Virus record (IMG/VR): IMGVR_UViG_3300040811_000687
Direction: 5' to 3' (one strand)
Origin: a virus
DNA: 64,000 nt
This document shows positions 19,972 through 29,466 of this stretch, in pieces. The notes under the pieces are model-generated. The model did not search any database and had not been told where the DNA came from. It worked only from the letters and a program-made list of their open reading frames with translations. The translations under genes were made by a program, and so were the position numbers. Position 1 is the first letter of the stretch, and each line of letters opens with the position of its first letter.

Positions 19972-20400
19972 ATGGACCTAGAACAATTACAAACAGAAGC
20001 AGATAAAGATTTAAAGATCAACGATATTGAATTAGATATTGAATCTTTAAAAACACCAGCGCTACATAACAAGTATTTAAAATATTTAACAAAATTTAAA
20101 TTACTATTAACACGTGCTGAAGATGAGTACAGAATTGTTAAAAGAGTAAAATGGGAATACTATACAGGCAAAGCCGATCAACAAGTATACGTAGATAGAC
20201 CTTTTAATTTTAAACTATTAAAGGTAGATGTACCACAATATATTGATTCCGATCCCGAAGTACAAAAGTTAAATCAAAAAGTAAAATATTTAGAGACGGT
20301 TGTTGACTTTTTAGATAGAACTTTAAGACAAATAACTAATAGAACTTTTACTATTAAGAACGCAATAGACTGGAAAAGATTTACCAGTGGAGCTGTATAG
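19972..20400 (+). CDS. uvsY: Recombination mediator UvsY
   Basis: ESLKTPALHNKY, WEYYTGKA, IKNAIDW. Confidence 0.9.
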   Translation: MDLEQLQTEADKDLKINDIELDIESLKTPALHNKYLKYLTKFKLLLTRAEDEYRIVKRVKWEYYTGKADQQVYVDRPFNFKLLKVDVPQYIDSDPEVQKLNQKVKYLETVVDFLDRTLRQITNRTFTIKNAIDWKRFTSGAV

Positions 20401-20960
20401 TGTATTTAACTAACAACAATTGTATTTCCGTATCAAAGTTTGAACCAGATTATTGTAACAAACTAATTGCATTGTGTGATACTTTAAAACTGGAAGAAGC
20501 AACTATACAAGACGGCAATGGTAAAAATCGTAGTAGTAGTGTTGCGTGGGTTAAACAAAATGATGAGTTATATCAATCTATAGAAGAAGTAATTTTTAAT
20601 CATAATGTAAAAGCAGAATGGAATTTTGATTTAAAAGAATTTGAACCTTTTCAGTATACAATATATGAAGAAGGAGACCACTATGATTGGCACATAGATT
20701 CACACACTAAGCCTTACCCTAATGGTTTTATTAGAAAGATAAGTTTTACTTTATGTTTAAATGAAGATTATGAAGGAGGAGAATTTGAAATTGCAAGTTT
20801 AAATCCTAAAGGAGTTAATCAAAATATAAAGTTTAAAGATAAATTTACGACAGGTACATTGATATCCTTTCCCTCATTTAGTTGGCATAAGGTACATCCG
20901 GTAACCAAAGGAACAAGAAAGGTTTTAGTAGGTTGGATTGTAGGTCCTTCTTTCGTGTAA
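20400..20960 (+). CDS. 2OG-Fe(II) oxygenase (PKHD/prolyl-hydroxylase-like)
   Basis: YDWHID (HxD), RKISF, YEGGEF, HKVHPVTKGTRKVLVGW. Confidence 0.92.
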   Translation: MYLTNNNCISVSKFEPDYCNKLIALCDTLKLEEATIQDGNGKNRSSSVAWVKQNDELYQSIEEVIFNHNVKAEWNFDLKEFEPFQYTIYEEGDHYDWHIDSHTKPYPNGFIRKISFTLCLNEDYEGGEFEIASLNPKGVNQNIKFKDKFTTGTLISFPSFSWHKVHPVTKGTRKVLVGWIVGPSFV

Positions 20961-22435
20961 TGCCCGATATAAGATACATCATAGTTGACAAGATAAACGA
21001 TGTCTATTTAAAAGTAGACGCTGACGCCTCTATACGTAGAGAGTTATCAGAGTATTTTTGTTTTGAGGTGCCAGGTTATAAGTTTGTTCCTGCATATAGG
21101 AACAGAGTATGGGACGGAAAAATAAGATTATTTTCTTATGCAACTGGTCAAATATATGCCGGTTTATATCCTTATATACTTAAATGGTGTGAAGATAATA
21201 AAATACAAGTAGTAGATGGTACTAAAACAGTTGATACTAAAGTTGATTTAAAATTAGTAGAGGCATTTACAAAAGCATTAAAGATACCTTTTGAAGTAAG
21301 AGATTATCAAAAAGAGGCATTTATTCATGCAACAACAAAGAGTAGATGTTTATTGTTATCTCCAACAGCCTCTGGTAAATCACTTATAGTATATCTATTA
21401 GTAAGATTTAATATGTTAAGACTAAAAGAAGAAAAGAAAAAGATACTTATTATAGTACCAACAACATCATTAGTAGAACAACTATTCAAAGACTTCAAAG
21501 ATTATGGTTGGAATCCAGACAAAAACGTACACAAAATATATCAAGGACATGATAAAGATACTAATAAAAATGTTATTATATCTACATGGCAATCAATATA
21601 CAATCAACCAAAAGTATGGTTTAAACAGTTTGGTATGGTCATAGGTGACGAAGCACACTTATTTAAGGCAGTTTCACTCACAAAGATAATGACCAAACTA
21701 GAAAAATGTAAGTATAGAATAGGTCTTACAGGTACTTTAGATGGTACTAAAACACACAAGTTGGTGTTAGAAGGATTATTTGGTGTTGTTAATAAGGTTA
21801 TATCTACAAGTGAATTGCAAGAGAACAAACAATTAGCCGAATTAAAAATTATATGTTTAGTATTACAACATGACAAAGAAGTAAGACATATGATGAAAGA
21901 TAAGAACTACCAAGAGGAGATGGATTACTTGGTACGAAATGAAAAAAGAAACAAATACATTAGAAACTTGGCCTCTAGTTTACAAGGAAATACTTTATGT
22001 TTATTTCAGTATGTTGAAAAACACGGTGATGAACTTGTAAAAATGATAAAAGAAAAGGCAGAGGATAAAAATGTATTCTATGTACACGGAGGAGTAGAAA
22101 CAGATGATAGAGAAAAGATTAGAGAAATTACGGAGAAAAGTGATAACGCCATTATTGTTGCTAGTTACGGCACTTTTTCAACCGGAATTAATATACGGAA
22201 TTTGCATAACATTATTTTTGCTAGTCCTTCTAAATCTCGTATAAGAAATTTACAAAGTATTGGTAGAGGTTTAAGATTAAAGGACAATGATTCAGCTGCG
22301 ACTTTATATGATATAGCAGACGACATAAGTTATAAAGACAAAGAAAATTACACGTTAGCACATTTTCGTGAACGGATAAATATTTACAATGGTGAAGATT
22401 TTAATTATGAGATACACAATATAGATTTGAAATGA
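20960..22435 (+). CDS. uvsW: DNA helicase UvsW (likely start ATG 20960)
   Basis: WDGKIRLF, SPTASGKS, GDEAH, QSIGRGLR. Confidence 0.95.
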   Translation: MPDIRYIIVDKINDVYLKVDADASIRRELSEYFCFEVPGYKFVPAYRNRVWDGKIRLFSYATGQIYAGLYPYILKWCEDNKIQVVDGTKTVDTKVDLKLVEAFTKALKIPFEVRDYQKEAFIHATTKSRCLLLSPTASGKSLIVYLLVRFNMLRLKEEKKKILIIVPTTSLVEQLFKDFKDYGWNPDKNVHKIYQGHDKDTNKNVIISTWQSIYNQPKVWFKQFGMVIGDEAHLFKAVSLTKIMTKLEKCKYRIGLTGTLDGTKTHKLVLEGLFGVVNKVISTSELQENKQLAELKIICLVLQHDKEVRHMMKDKNYQEEMDYLVRNEKRNKYIRNLASSLQGNTLCLFQYVEKHGDELVKMIKEKAEDKNVFYVHGGVETDDREKIREITEKSDNAIIVASYGTFSTGINIRNLHNIIFASPSKSRIRNLQSIGRGLRLKDNDSAATLYDIADDISYKDKENYTLAHFRERINIYNGEDFNYEIHNIDLK

Positions 22436-22908
22436 TATCAGATGAAGATTTTAGATTTTTGTTAGAAGAAAGTCGGTACGCCAAAAAGATATTAGAAATA
22501 GGTACTGGCACAGGTAAAAGTACAACTGCTTTAGTGGCAAACAGAGCAGAGGTATATACTATTGACAAAGACGATATATTTGAATATGTTGGTATTGAAG
22601 ATAACATAAACAGATTTCATTGTACAAGTGTTGATTATTGGAAAGAGTATGGTCATTTTGATTTTGATTTTGTGTTTGTTGACGGATCAATCGGCGTTTA
22701 TGATTGCGAAGAAATATTAAAAAGAACTAAGGATAATTTTAAAATTGTTTTCCATGATTATTTACCTAACGAAGAAAAATATCCTGGAAAAAATAAAGGT
22801 TGGTATAATATGAAAGTTTTTAAAGAAACTTCATTATTAACTTATGATATAATAACAAAAACTGGTGGTACTCATTGTGTATTGGCAGAGCTAAAGAAGG
22901 ATAAATAA
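22432..22908 (+). CDS. Class I SAM-dependent methyltransferase
   Basis: LEIGTGTGKST motif I, FDFVFVDG, VFHDY. Confidence 0.8.
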   Translation: MISDEDFRFLLEESRYAKKILEIGTGTGKSTTALVANRAEVYTIDKDDIFEYVGIEDNINRFHCTSVDYWKEYGHFDFDFVFVDGSIGVYDCEEILKRTKDNFKIVFHDYLPNEEKYPGKNKGWYNMKVFKETSLLTYDIITKTGGTHCVLAELKKDK

Positions 22909-22912
22909 TCAT

Positions 22913-23341
22913 ATGGAAAATAACATTAAGATTATTAAGTTGGTGAACGGAGACGATATCGTTTGCGTAGTTGACTTTACTAAAAGACAATTAGATCCAA
23001 AAAACAAAACAATCAATATAGAAAAGCCTTTACAAATAAAATACGTGCCACAAATAACAGTGCAAGGTTTTAAGGACTACATTGCATTGATTCGTTGGAC
23101 GGCCTATACTAACGATGAACAAATTACTATACCAAAAGATAAGATAATGACAATTACAAATGCTAATGATAGTATGAGTAAAAGTTATCTTGGTGTTGTT
23201 GATACATACGAAGATATTCCTCTGGCGGACAAAGATGTAAAAAAGTCGCAAGTTAAATTTACCACCACAGAGAATAAAGAAATTAATAGAATCTTTGATG
23301 ATTCAATATATGATGACGATGATGAAGGAACTTTGCATTAG
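22913..23341 (+). CDS. Conserved T4-like protein upstream of gp55 (possible Sm-like fold)
   Basis: IKIIKLVNGDDIVC...KPLQI...W pattern; acidic C-terminus. Confidence 0.6.
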   Translation: MENNIKIIKLVNGDDIVCVVDFTKRQLDPKNKTINIEKPLQIKYVPQITVQGFKDYIALIRWTAYTNDEQITIPKDKIMTITNANDSMSKSYLGVVDTYEDIPLADKDVKKSQVKFTTTENKEINRIFDDSIYDDDDEGTLH

Positions 23342-23386
23342 AGGAGACCAGTACCTGGAGCTTCTCCCCAAACGGCTACACCGTTC

Positions 23387-23414
23387 ATTATACATAAAAT
23401 TATCAAAAAGTCAA
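23387..23414 (-). promoter_or_regulatory. Antisense sigma70-type promoter
   Basis: Minus strand reads TTGACT-N16-TATAAT. Confidence 0.55.
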
Positions 23415-23447
23415 TGCTGATTTCGGCACAAACCGAAATTTTTTCAA

Positions 23448-23522
23448 GCGGGTGTAGCTCAGTGGTAGAGCGTCTCGTTGCCAACGAGAAGGCCGTCGGT
23501 CCGACCCCGATCACCCGCTCCA
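23448..23522 (+). tRNA. tRNA-Gly (GCC) with non-canonical T-loop TCCGACC
   Basis: GCGGGTG/CACCCGC acceptor stem, TCTCG-TTGCCAA-CGAGA anticodon arm, encoded CCA. Confidence 0.92.
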
Positions 23523-23536
23523 AAATGCTTAAAACA

Positions 23537-23565
23537 TTGACATTTAAACTGAAAGATGTTATATT
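23537..23565 (+). promoter_or_regulatory. Sigma70-type early promoter for gp55 (leaderless)
   Basis: TTGACA-N17-TATATT with TGn extension; predicted +1 = 23572 = A of ATG. Confidence 0.75.
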
Positions 23566-23571
23566 AAGAAT

Positions 23572-24153
23572 ATGAGTAAAACAAAAAAAGAACACTATGT
23601 TAATAACAAAGAGTTTTTAGAGGCAATGAATAAGTACAGAAAAGCTGTACGAAGAGCGGCCAGATTAAAACAAGATAAACCACTGGTAGGAGACTATCTT
23701 GGATCATGTTTTTTAAAGATTGCTAATCATTTGTCATACAGACCTAATTTTATAAATTATACTTTTAAAGATGACATGATATCAGATGGTATAGAAAACT
23801 GTCTACAATACCTTGACAACTTTGATGGTAAAAAATCAAATAATCCGTTTGCTTACTTCACTCAAATAATCTATTATGCATTTATACGTAGAATACAAAA
23901 AGAGAAAAAGCAAGTGACTATTAAACACAAATTAATCAGCAATTCTAATTTAGATGACTTTGCTTTGCAACCAGGTGATGATAGAGAGTTTAAGAATCAA
24001 ATGACTGAATATCTACAGAAAAATTTACCAATGGACGCACAAGAAAAGATTGCTGAAGAAGTTAAAAATAGTAAAAAGAAACGTAAGAAAAGAACAAGTA
24101 AGAATAGTTTAGATTATTTTTTTGAAAATTATGAAGATAGCCCTACTAAATGA
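23572..24153 (+). CDS. gp55: Late-transcription sigma factor gp55
   Basis: HYVNNKEFL, LSYRPNFINY, NPFAYFTQIIYYAFIRRIQKEKKQ. Confidence 0.96.
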   Translation: MSKTKKEHYVNNKEFLEAMNKYRKAVRRAARLKQDKPLVGDYLGSCFLKIANHLSYRPNFINYTFKDDMISDGIENCLQYLDNFDGKKSNNPFAYFTQIIYYAFIRRIQKEKKQVTIKHKLISNSNLDDFALQPGDDREFKNQMTEYLQKNLPMDAQEKIAEEVKNSKKKRKKRTSKNSLDYFFENYEDSPTK

Positions 24154-25177
24154 TACACACTTTGGTTGCCGTAATGATTCTCCACATTTTATAAATTATC
24201 AGAATAAGTTTTATGAGGAACAGTTTTTTCCTTATCTTATTAAGAATAATATTAAATGTTTAATACATTTAGGTGACGTAGTTGATAGACGAAAATTTAT
24301 TAATCATAATACAGCCCACAACTTTAAAAAAGTATTTTGGGATAGATTAAAAGAACTAGATATAGAAACTCACGTTATACTAGGTAATCACGATACATAT
24401 TACAAGAATACAAATGAAGTTAATGCTTTGGAAAATCTTAATATAGGTAACGAAGTTAAGATATACACTAAAGCCACCGAAATAACTTTAGATGGTTTAG
24501 ATGTATTGTTAATACCATGGATATGTGAAGACAATATGGAAGATACTCTATATAAATTAGATAACTCTACATCACAAATTGCCTTTGGTCATTTAGAAGT
24601 AAAAGGTTTTGAAATGCATAAAGGAGTTATGAATGAACATGGTCTAGAGAAACAAAATTTTAGAAGATTTGAAAAAGTATTTTCTGGTCACTTTCATAAG
24701 AAATCAGATGACGGACATATCTTTTATCTAGGTACACAATATCAAATTATGTGGTCAGACTATAACTGTCCTAAAGGTTTTCATATATTTGATACAGATA
24801 CTAGAGAACTAGAACGAATAGAGAACACTTTACCTATATTTAAAAAATTATCATATGACGATACTAAAGAAAACTATGACAATTTAGATTTATCTTCTTA
24901 TGAAAATTGTTTTGTAAAACTGTTTGTTAATAGAAAAACTAATCCAGAAATGTATGGTAATCTAATAGAAAGGTTTTACAACAATACAAATATACATGAG
25001 TTAATTATAAATGAAGATACAAATGACATAACACAAACAGTTAGAGTTGATACTATAGATCAAGGAGAAGATACACTGACATTTTTAGGTAATTATATTG
25101 AACAGGTAGATACTGATTTAGATAAACACAAACTAAAAGAATTTGCAAAAGAATTATATACGGAGGCCAGTGAGTAA
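24131..25177 (+). CDS. gp47: Recombination endonuclease gp47 (Mre11-like)
   Basis: DTHFG, HLGD, GNHD, SGHFH. Confidence 0.95.
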   Translation: MKIALLNDTHFGCRNDSPHFINYQNKFYEEQFFPYLIKNNIKCLIHLGDVVDRRKFINHNTAHNFKKVFWDRLKELDIETHVILGNHDTYYKNTNEVNALENLNIGNEVKIYTKATEITLDGLDVLLIPWICEDNMEDTLYKLDNSTSQIAFGHLEVKGFEMHKGVMNEHGLEKQNFRRFEKVFSGHFHKKSDDGHIFYLGTQYQIMWSDYNCPKGFHIFDTDTRELERIENTLPIFKKLSYDDTKENYDNLDLSSYENCFVKLFVNRKTNPEMYGNLIERFYNNTNIHELIINEDTNDITQTVRVDTIDQGEDTLTFLGNYIEQVDTDLDKHKLKEFAKELYTEASE

Positions 25178-25529
25178 ATATAAAAATCCATTTGAAGGAC
25201 CTTTTAAAGTAACTAAAGGTAAAAAAATTAAAATTGTAAAAAGAAAAAGTGCCTACAGTTCAAAACCTTTACCTAACAATTTACTTAATGAGAAAAGAAA
25301 AAAGAAAATATACATACATGTGAATCAACATGTGATCAGAGCGAACAAGAAAAACAATGACAACGATCCTGTGATAACAATCAAGCAAGGTAATAAGAAC
25401 ACCTACTGCCATGAAGTTGAGATCAAAGGACCAAGTCGTATGCTATACGGGGGCAACGACAAACCCATATTGAGCTGTGGTGCGAGAGTTGTGATAGAAA
25501 CAGAATCAGAGATAGAGGTGATTAAATGA
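25170..25529 (+). CDS. Hypothetical phage protein (GTG start)
   Basis: IHVNQHVIRAN...CHEVEIKGPS...LSCGARVVIET; GGAGG RBS. Confidence 0.65.
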   Translation: MSKYKNPFEGPFKVTKGKKIKIVKRKSAYSSKPLPNNLLNEKRKKKIYIHVNQHVIRANKKNNDNDPVITIKQGNKNTYCHEVEIKGPSRMLYGGNDKPILSCGARVVIETESEIEVIK

Positions 25530-27241
25530 TAGTATTTAAAAAGATAATGTATAAAAACTTCCTATCTACAGGTAATATACCTATAGAAGTTGAACTAGAT
25601 AAATCACACACAACACTAATAGTAGGTCAAAACGGATCAGGTAAATCTACTTTACTTGACGCATTATGTTTTGTTTTATTTAACAAACCATTTAGAATTA
25701 TAAAAAAAGATCAGATAGTAAACTCAATAAACAATGCTGATTGTATTGTAGAAATAGAATTTACTGTAGGACAAAAACAATACAAAATTATACGTGGCAT
25801 AAAACCTAACATATTTGAAATCTATTGCGATGGTACTCTTTTAAATCAAGACGCCAATAGTATAGACTATCAAAAATATCTAGAACAAAATATAATGAGA
25901 CTTAATTACAGGTCTTTTTTACAAGTAGTGTTATTAGGTGCTTCATCATACGAACCATTTATGAAAATGAAACCTAGATACAGACGAGAGGTTGTGGAAG
26001 AAATATTAGACATTAGAGTATTCGGACTTATGGATTTAATATTAAGAAGTCAACAATCAGACTTGGCTAAAAAGGTTGTAGAAATGAAACACCGTGCTGA
26101 TTTAATACAAACCAAGTACGAAACAGAGTTAAATCACTTCAATGCTATCTCCGACCTTAATATGAACGACCTAGATGGTAAGAAACAGCTGGTTAACAAA
26201 AACAAAGAAGATAGTAAAAACTATATTAAAAAGATAGAAGAATTAAACGAACAAATAGGTTATAAGAAAAAAGACATAGAAAACAAGGACAAGGTACAAA
26301 CAAAGGTAGGTCAACTATCTAAACTAGAAGCTAAAATAGAAACTAATCTATCTACCCACCAAAAGACATTAGAGTTTTTTGAGAATAATAATAACTGTCC
26401 TACGTGTACACAACCTATAGATCAAGAATTTAAAACAAAAAAAATAGAATCAACTAAACAAAAAGTAAAAACTTTATCAGATGGTATGAAAGAAATACTA
26501 AATGAGATAGCTAATACAGAATTAAAACTATCAGAAATGAATAAAGTATCACAAAAGATACATGAACTAAATATTGATATATCCAAATTTGAAACTTCTT
26601 TAGATGAGATAAATAAGTTTAGCAATAGAATACATGAAGAAATAAGATTGTTAGAAAACAAACAAGTTGATGGTAAAGAGATTGAGTCACAACTAGAAGA
26701 ACTTAATAAACAATTAGAAGAAACTAGAATTGAAAGAGATAGAATAGTTGAACAAAAAGATTACGTAGATATATTAAGAGAAATACTAAATGACAAAGGT
26801 GCCAAGGCACAGATTATACGTAAGTATGTTCCAATAATGAACAACTTAATTAATCAACATTTACAGGCCATGGATTTCTTTGTATCGTTTCATTTAGATG
26901 AGGAGTTTAATGAGACAGTAAAAAGTAGATTTAGAGATACTTTTAATTACAATAACTTTAGTGAGGGTGAAAAAATGAGAATAGACCTTGCATTGTTATT
27001 TACGTGGCGACATATCGCAAAAATGAAAAACAGTACAAATACCAATCTATTAATATTAGATGAGATATTTGATGGCAGTTTAGATGGCCAAGGTACAGAT
27101 GATTTCTTTAAGATAATAACACAACTTACAAAAGAAAACATTTTTATCATATCACATAAAGGCGATATAATGTTTGATAAATTTACAAATATAATCAAGT
27201 ATGAAAAGTACAAAAATTTCACTAGATTACAAGCAACATAA
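25526..27241 (+). CDS. gp46: Recombination ATPase gp46 (Rad50-like)
   Basis: GQNGSGKST, CPTC zinc hook, FSEGEKMRIDL, LILDE. Confidence 0.96.
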   Translation: MIVFKKIMYKNFLSTGNIPIEVELDKSHTTLIVGQNGSGKSTLLDALCFVLFNKPFRIIKKDQIVNSINNADCIVEIEFTVGQKQYKIIRGIKPNIFEIYCDGTLLNQDANSIDYQKYLEQNIMRLNYRSFLQVVLLGASSYEPFMKMKPRYRREVVEEILDIRVFGLMDLILRSQQSDLAKKVVEMKHRADLIQTKYETELNHFNAISDLNMNDLDGKKQLVNKNKEDSKNYIKKIEELNEQIGYKKKDIENKDKVQTKVGQLSKLEAKIETNLSTHQKTLEFFENNNNCPTCTQPIDQEFKTKKIESTKQKVKTLSDGMKEILNEIANTELKLSEMNKVSQKIHELNIDISKFETSLDEINKFSNRIHEEIRLLENKQVDGKEIESQLEELNKQLEETRIERDRIVEQKDYVDILREILNDKGAKAQIIRKYVPIMNNLINQHLQAMDFFVSFHLDEEFNETVKSRFRDTFNYNNFSEGEKMRIDLALLFTWRHIAKMKNSTNTNLLILDEIFDGSLDGQGTDDFFKIITQLTKENIFIISHKGDIMFDKFTNIIKYEKYKNFTRLQAT

Positions 27242-27252
27242 ATAGGAGTATT

Positions 27253-27975
27253 ATGGGAAGCACACAAAAAAATGTAATGAAGAAGCCAAAGGTGCAGATG
27301 AATAAACTTTCTGCTAATGCAAATAAACAGAGTCCTAAATCTTATACAAATAAGACTACAGAAAAAATAAATAAAGAATCAGAGACAGGTTTTCTTACGC
27401 CAAAAGATAACGTAGATGATGGTACTTTTAAACTAGTACCACCAAGAGACCCTAGAATACAATCAGCAATAGCACCTTTTTCAGATGACATGTTAGAAGA
27501 ACATGGTATCAAAGATAGACAAGAACTAACAGATAGAATGTTTAAAACAATGTTAAAGTATGGTGGTATAGGTCTTACAGCAAATCAAGTAGGATTACCT
27601 TTTAACATGTTTGTTTTAGGTGCCCACGATCATATAGAAAAAGGTTTAAAAATGGCATGTTTTAATCCATTTATAGTTACTAAAAGTGAGGAAGAAGTAG
27701 TAATGAAAGAGGGTTGTTTAACCTTTCCTTTTGTATTCATATCAAAAACTAGACCTAGAAAAGTGGTAGTTAAGTATGAAGACGAGAACGGTGCCTTACA
27801 AGAAGGCCACCTTGATGGTGTTGTTAGTAGAGTATTCCAACATGAGTATGAACACACGTTAGGCAAGACTTTTATAGATGGTGTATCTAAAATGAAACTA
27901 GATATGGCATACAAAAAGGCAGGAAAACAAATGAAAGCCTATCAAAAACACAAGGCGGAGATGGAAAAAGCCTAG
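27253..27975 (+). CDS. def: Peptide deformylase with N-terminal extension
   Basis: GIGLTANQVG, EGCLT, QHEYEH motifs. Confidence 0.9.
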   Translation: MGSTQKNVMKKPKVQMNKLSANANKQSPKSYTNKTTEKINKESETGFLTPKDNVDDGTFKLVPPRDPRIQSAIAPFSDDMLEEHGIKDRQELTDRMFKTMLKYGGIGLTANQVGLPFNMFVLGAHDHIEKGLKMACFNPFIVTKSEEEVVMKEGCLTFPFVFISKTRPRKVVVKYEDENGALQEGHLDGVVSRVFQHEYEHTLGKTFIDGVSKMKLDMAYKKAGKQMKAYQKHKAEMEKA

Positions 27976-27977
27976 GC

Positions 27978-28006
27978 TTGACAATCAGGATACTTTATGA
28001 TACCTT
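27978..28006 (+). promoter_or_regulatory. Sigma70-type promoter (leaderless)
   Basis: TTGACA-N17-TACCTT with TGn; predicted +1 = 28013 = ATG. Confidence 0.6.
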
Positions 28007-28012
28007 TATATT

Positions 28013-29353
28013 ATGACAGCAGTACAAAAAGACGAATTTGATATACACGCAAAACAAGATTTAGAAGGCGTTGAAAAAAAGTGGCAACAGTTTCAAGACG
28101 AAAATGATATATCTAATTTAGAAGATATAGATGAGAAAGTACTTAAAGAAGCTATAGAAAAAGACCTTGGTTACGTGTCTAAAATGACAGTACAAGAGTA
28201 TACACTATTTCAAAAGTGGCAAGAAGTACATAGAAAATATCCTACGGTAGAAACTACTACCTTATATGGTACTGAAAGATTACTTAAATCTCCCGAACAA
28301 AAACATCAAATAGAATCAGTTAGAAAAAATATCTGGATACCAGAATCACCTGAAGATTATGATAAACTAGAACCTGTATTAGAATTTACAGATGATAGTA
28401 CTAAAAATTTTAAAGGCAAAGCAGTAAGAACTCAACAATTATCAGAGAACTGGAATACATTAAGAACTTTCTTATCTACTATGAAAAACAATAGTAATAT
28501 TGGTAGACAGTTATTCTTTAATGTAAATGACAATAGATCAGGTAAACATCTAGGTGTCATTTGTATATCTGGTGACTTTATGGATTTAACACCTAGAGAC
28601 AGTGCTATTGGCTGGGATAGACAGAGTAAAACTTTTGGTGGTATGATTAATCATACAGCAATTGGTTCTTCTATTGTACCAACACAACCACTAGGTTATA
28701 GTTACACAGGTGGTAAACTATTAGCATATCTATGTTTATCAGATGACGTACAAAGAATATGGCAAGAAAAGTATGGTGACAAACTAGTTGGTGTTACCAC
28801 AACATCTTTATATGGTAAAGCAAAAGCAAATACATTAAGTCAATATGATGGTTTAAAATACTGGAAACGTATGGGTTTTACTATGGGGTCAGTATCATAT
28901 GAACCACAACCAGAAACTAAAAAACTAATTAAACAATGGTTAAAGAAAAATCATACTAAAAAATACTTTGAGTGGTATGAGGCAACAAGAGCCAACGGCC
29001 AACCATTAAAGAGAGATCATAAGAATAGATCATATATGTTTACCTATTCTAAAATGGGTATAGATAAAAAACTAATTAAAACAGATCACGCTAGAGGTAT
29101 CTATTTTGCAAGATTATATGAAAACACTTATGAGTATTTAAGAGGCGAAGTAAAAGATGACGGTCTAATATCTAGATTTGATTCGTCTACCGAAGCATTA
29201 GTTAAAGTATGGAAAGATAAACATGCCTCTAAAAGAATTAAAAACTTACTAGCAACCGATAGATTCTCTAAAGAATCACACTTCTATGATGATTTAATAT
29301 ACCTTGATTGGGAACAGTGCAAGGAAAAGTACTTGAATCAGGTAGGGAGATAA
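28013..29353 (+). CDS. DUF4338/DruA-family protein (probable Mom-like GNAT fold), paralog 1
   Basis: PRDSAIGW, IVPTQPLGY..GGKLLA, TTTSLYG, SQYDG, W..MGFT.G. Confidence 0.7.
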   Translation: MTAVQKDEFDIHAKQDLEGVEKKWQQFQDENDISNLEDIDEKVLKEAIEKDLGYVSKMTVQEYTLFQKWQEVHRKYPTVETTTLYGTERLLKSPEQKHQIESVRKNIWIPESPEDYDKLEPVLEFTDDSTKNFKGKAVRTQQLSENWNTLRTFLSTMKNNSNIGRQLFFNVNDNRSGKHLGVICISGDFMDLTPRDSAIGWDRQSKTFGGMINHTAIGSSIVPTQPLGYSYTGGKLLAYLCLSDDVQRIWQEKYGDKLVGVTTTSLYGKAKANTLSQYDGLKYWKRMGFTMGSVSYEPQPETKKLIKQWLKKNHTKKYFEWYEATRANGQPLKRDHKNRSYMFTYSKMGIDKKLIKTDHARGIYFARLYENTYEYLRGEVKDDGLISRFDSSTEALVKVWKDKHASKRIKNLLATDRFSKESHFYDDLIYLDWEQCKEKYLNQVGR

Positions 29354-29429
29354 CGAATCTACCATGAAAAATATAATGTTCTGGTTGTGTTCTTTCAAAA
29401 AGTAAGTAAAATCAACGATATTTAATGGC

Positions 29430-29458
29430 TTGACTTTTCTGTATTTTCCATATAGGAT
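29430..29458 (+). promoter_or_regulatory. Early promoter
   Basis: TTGACT-N17-TAGGAT. Confidence 0.65.
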
Positions 29459-29466
29459 AAGTGTAT

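Noticed and set aside
23338-23595. Minus-strand 85-aa ORF downstream of gp55 start
   Set aside because: It overlaps the tRNA-Gly and gp55 antisense and starts upstream of the antisense promoter; not credible as a protein.
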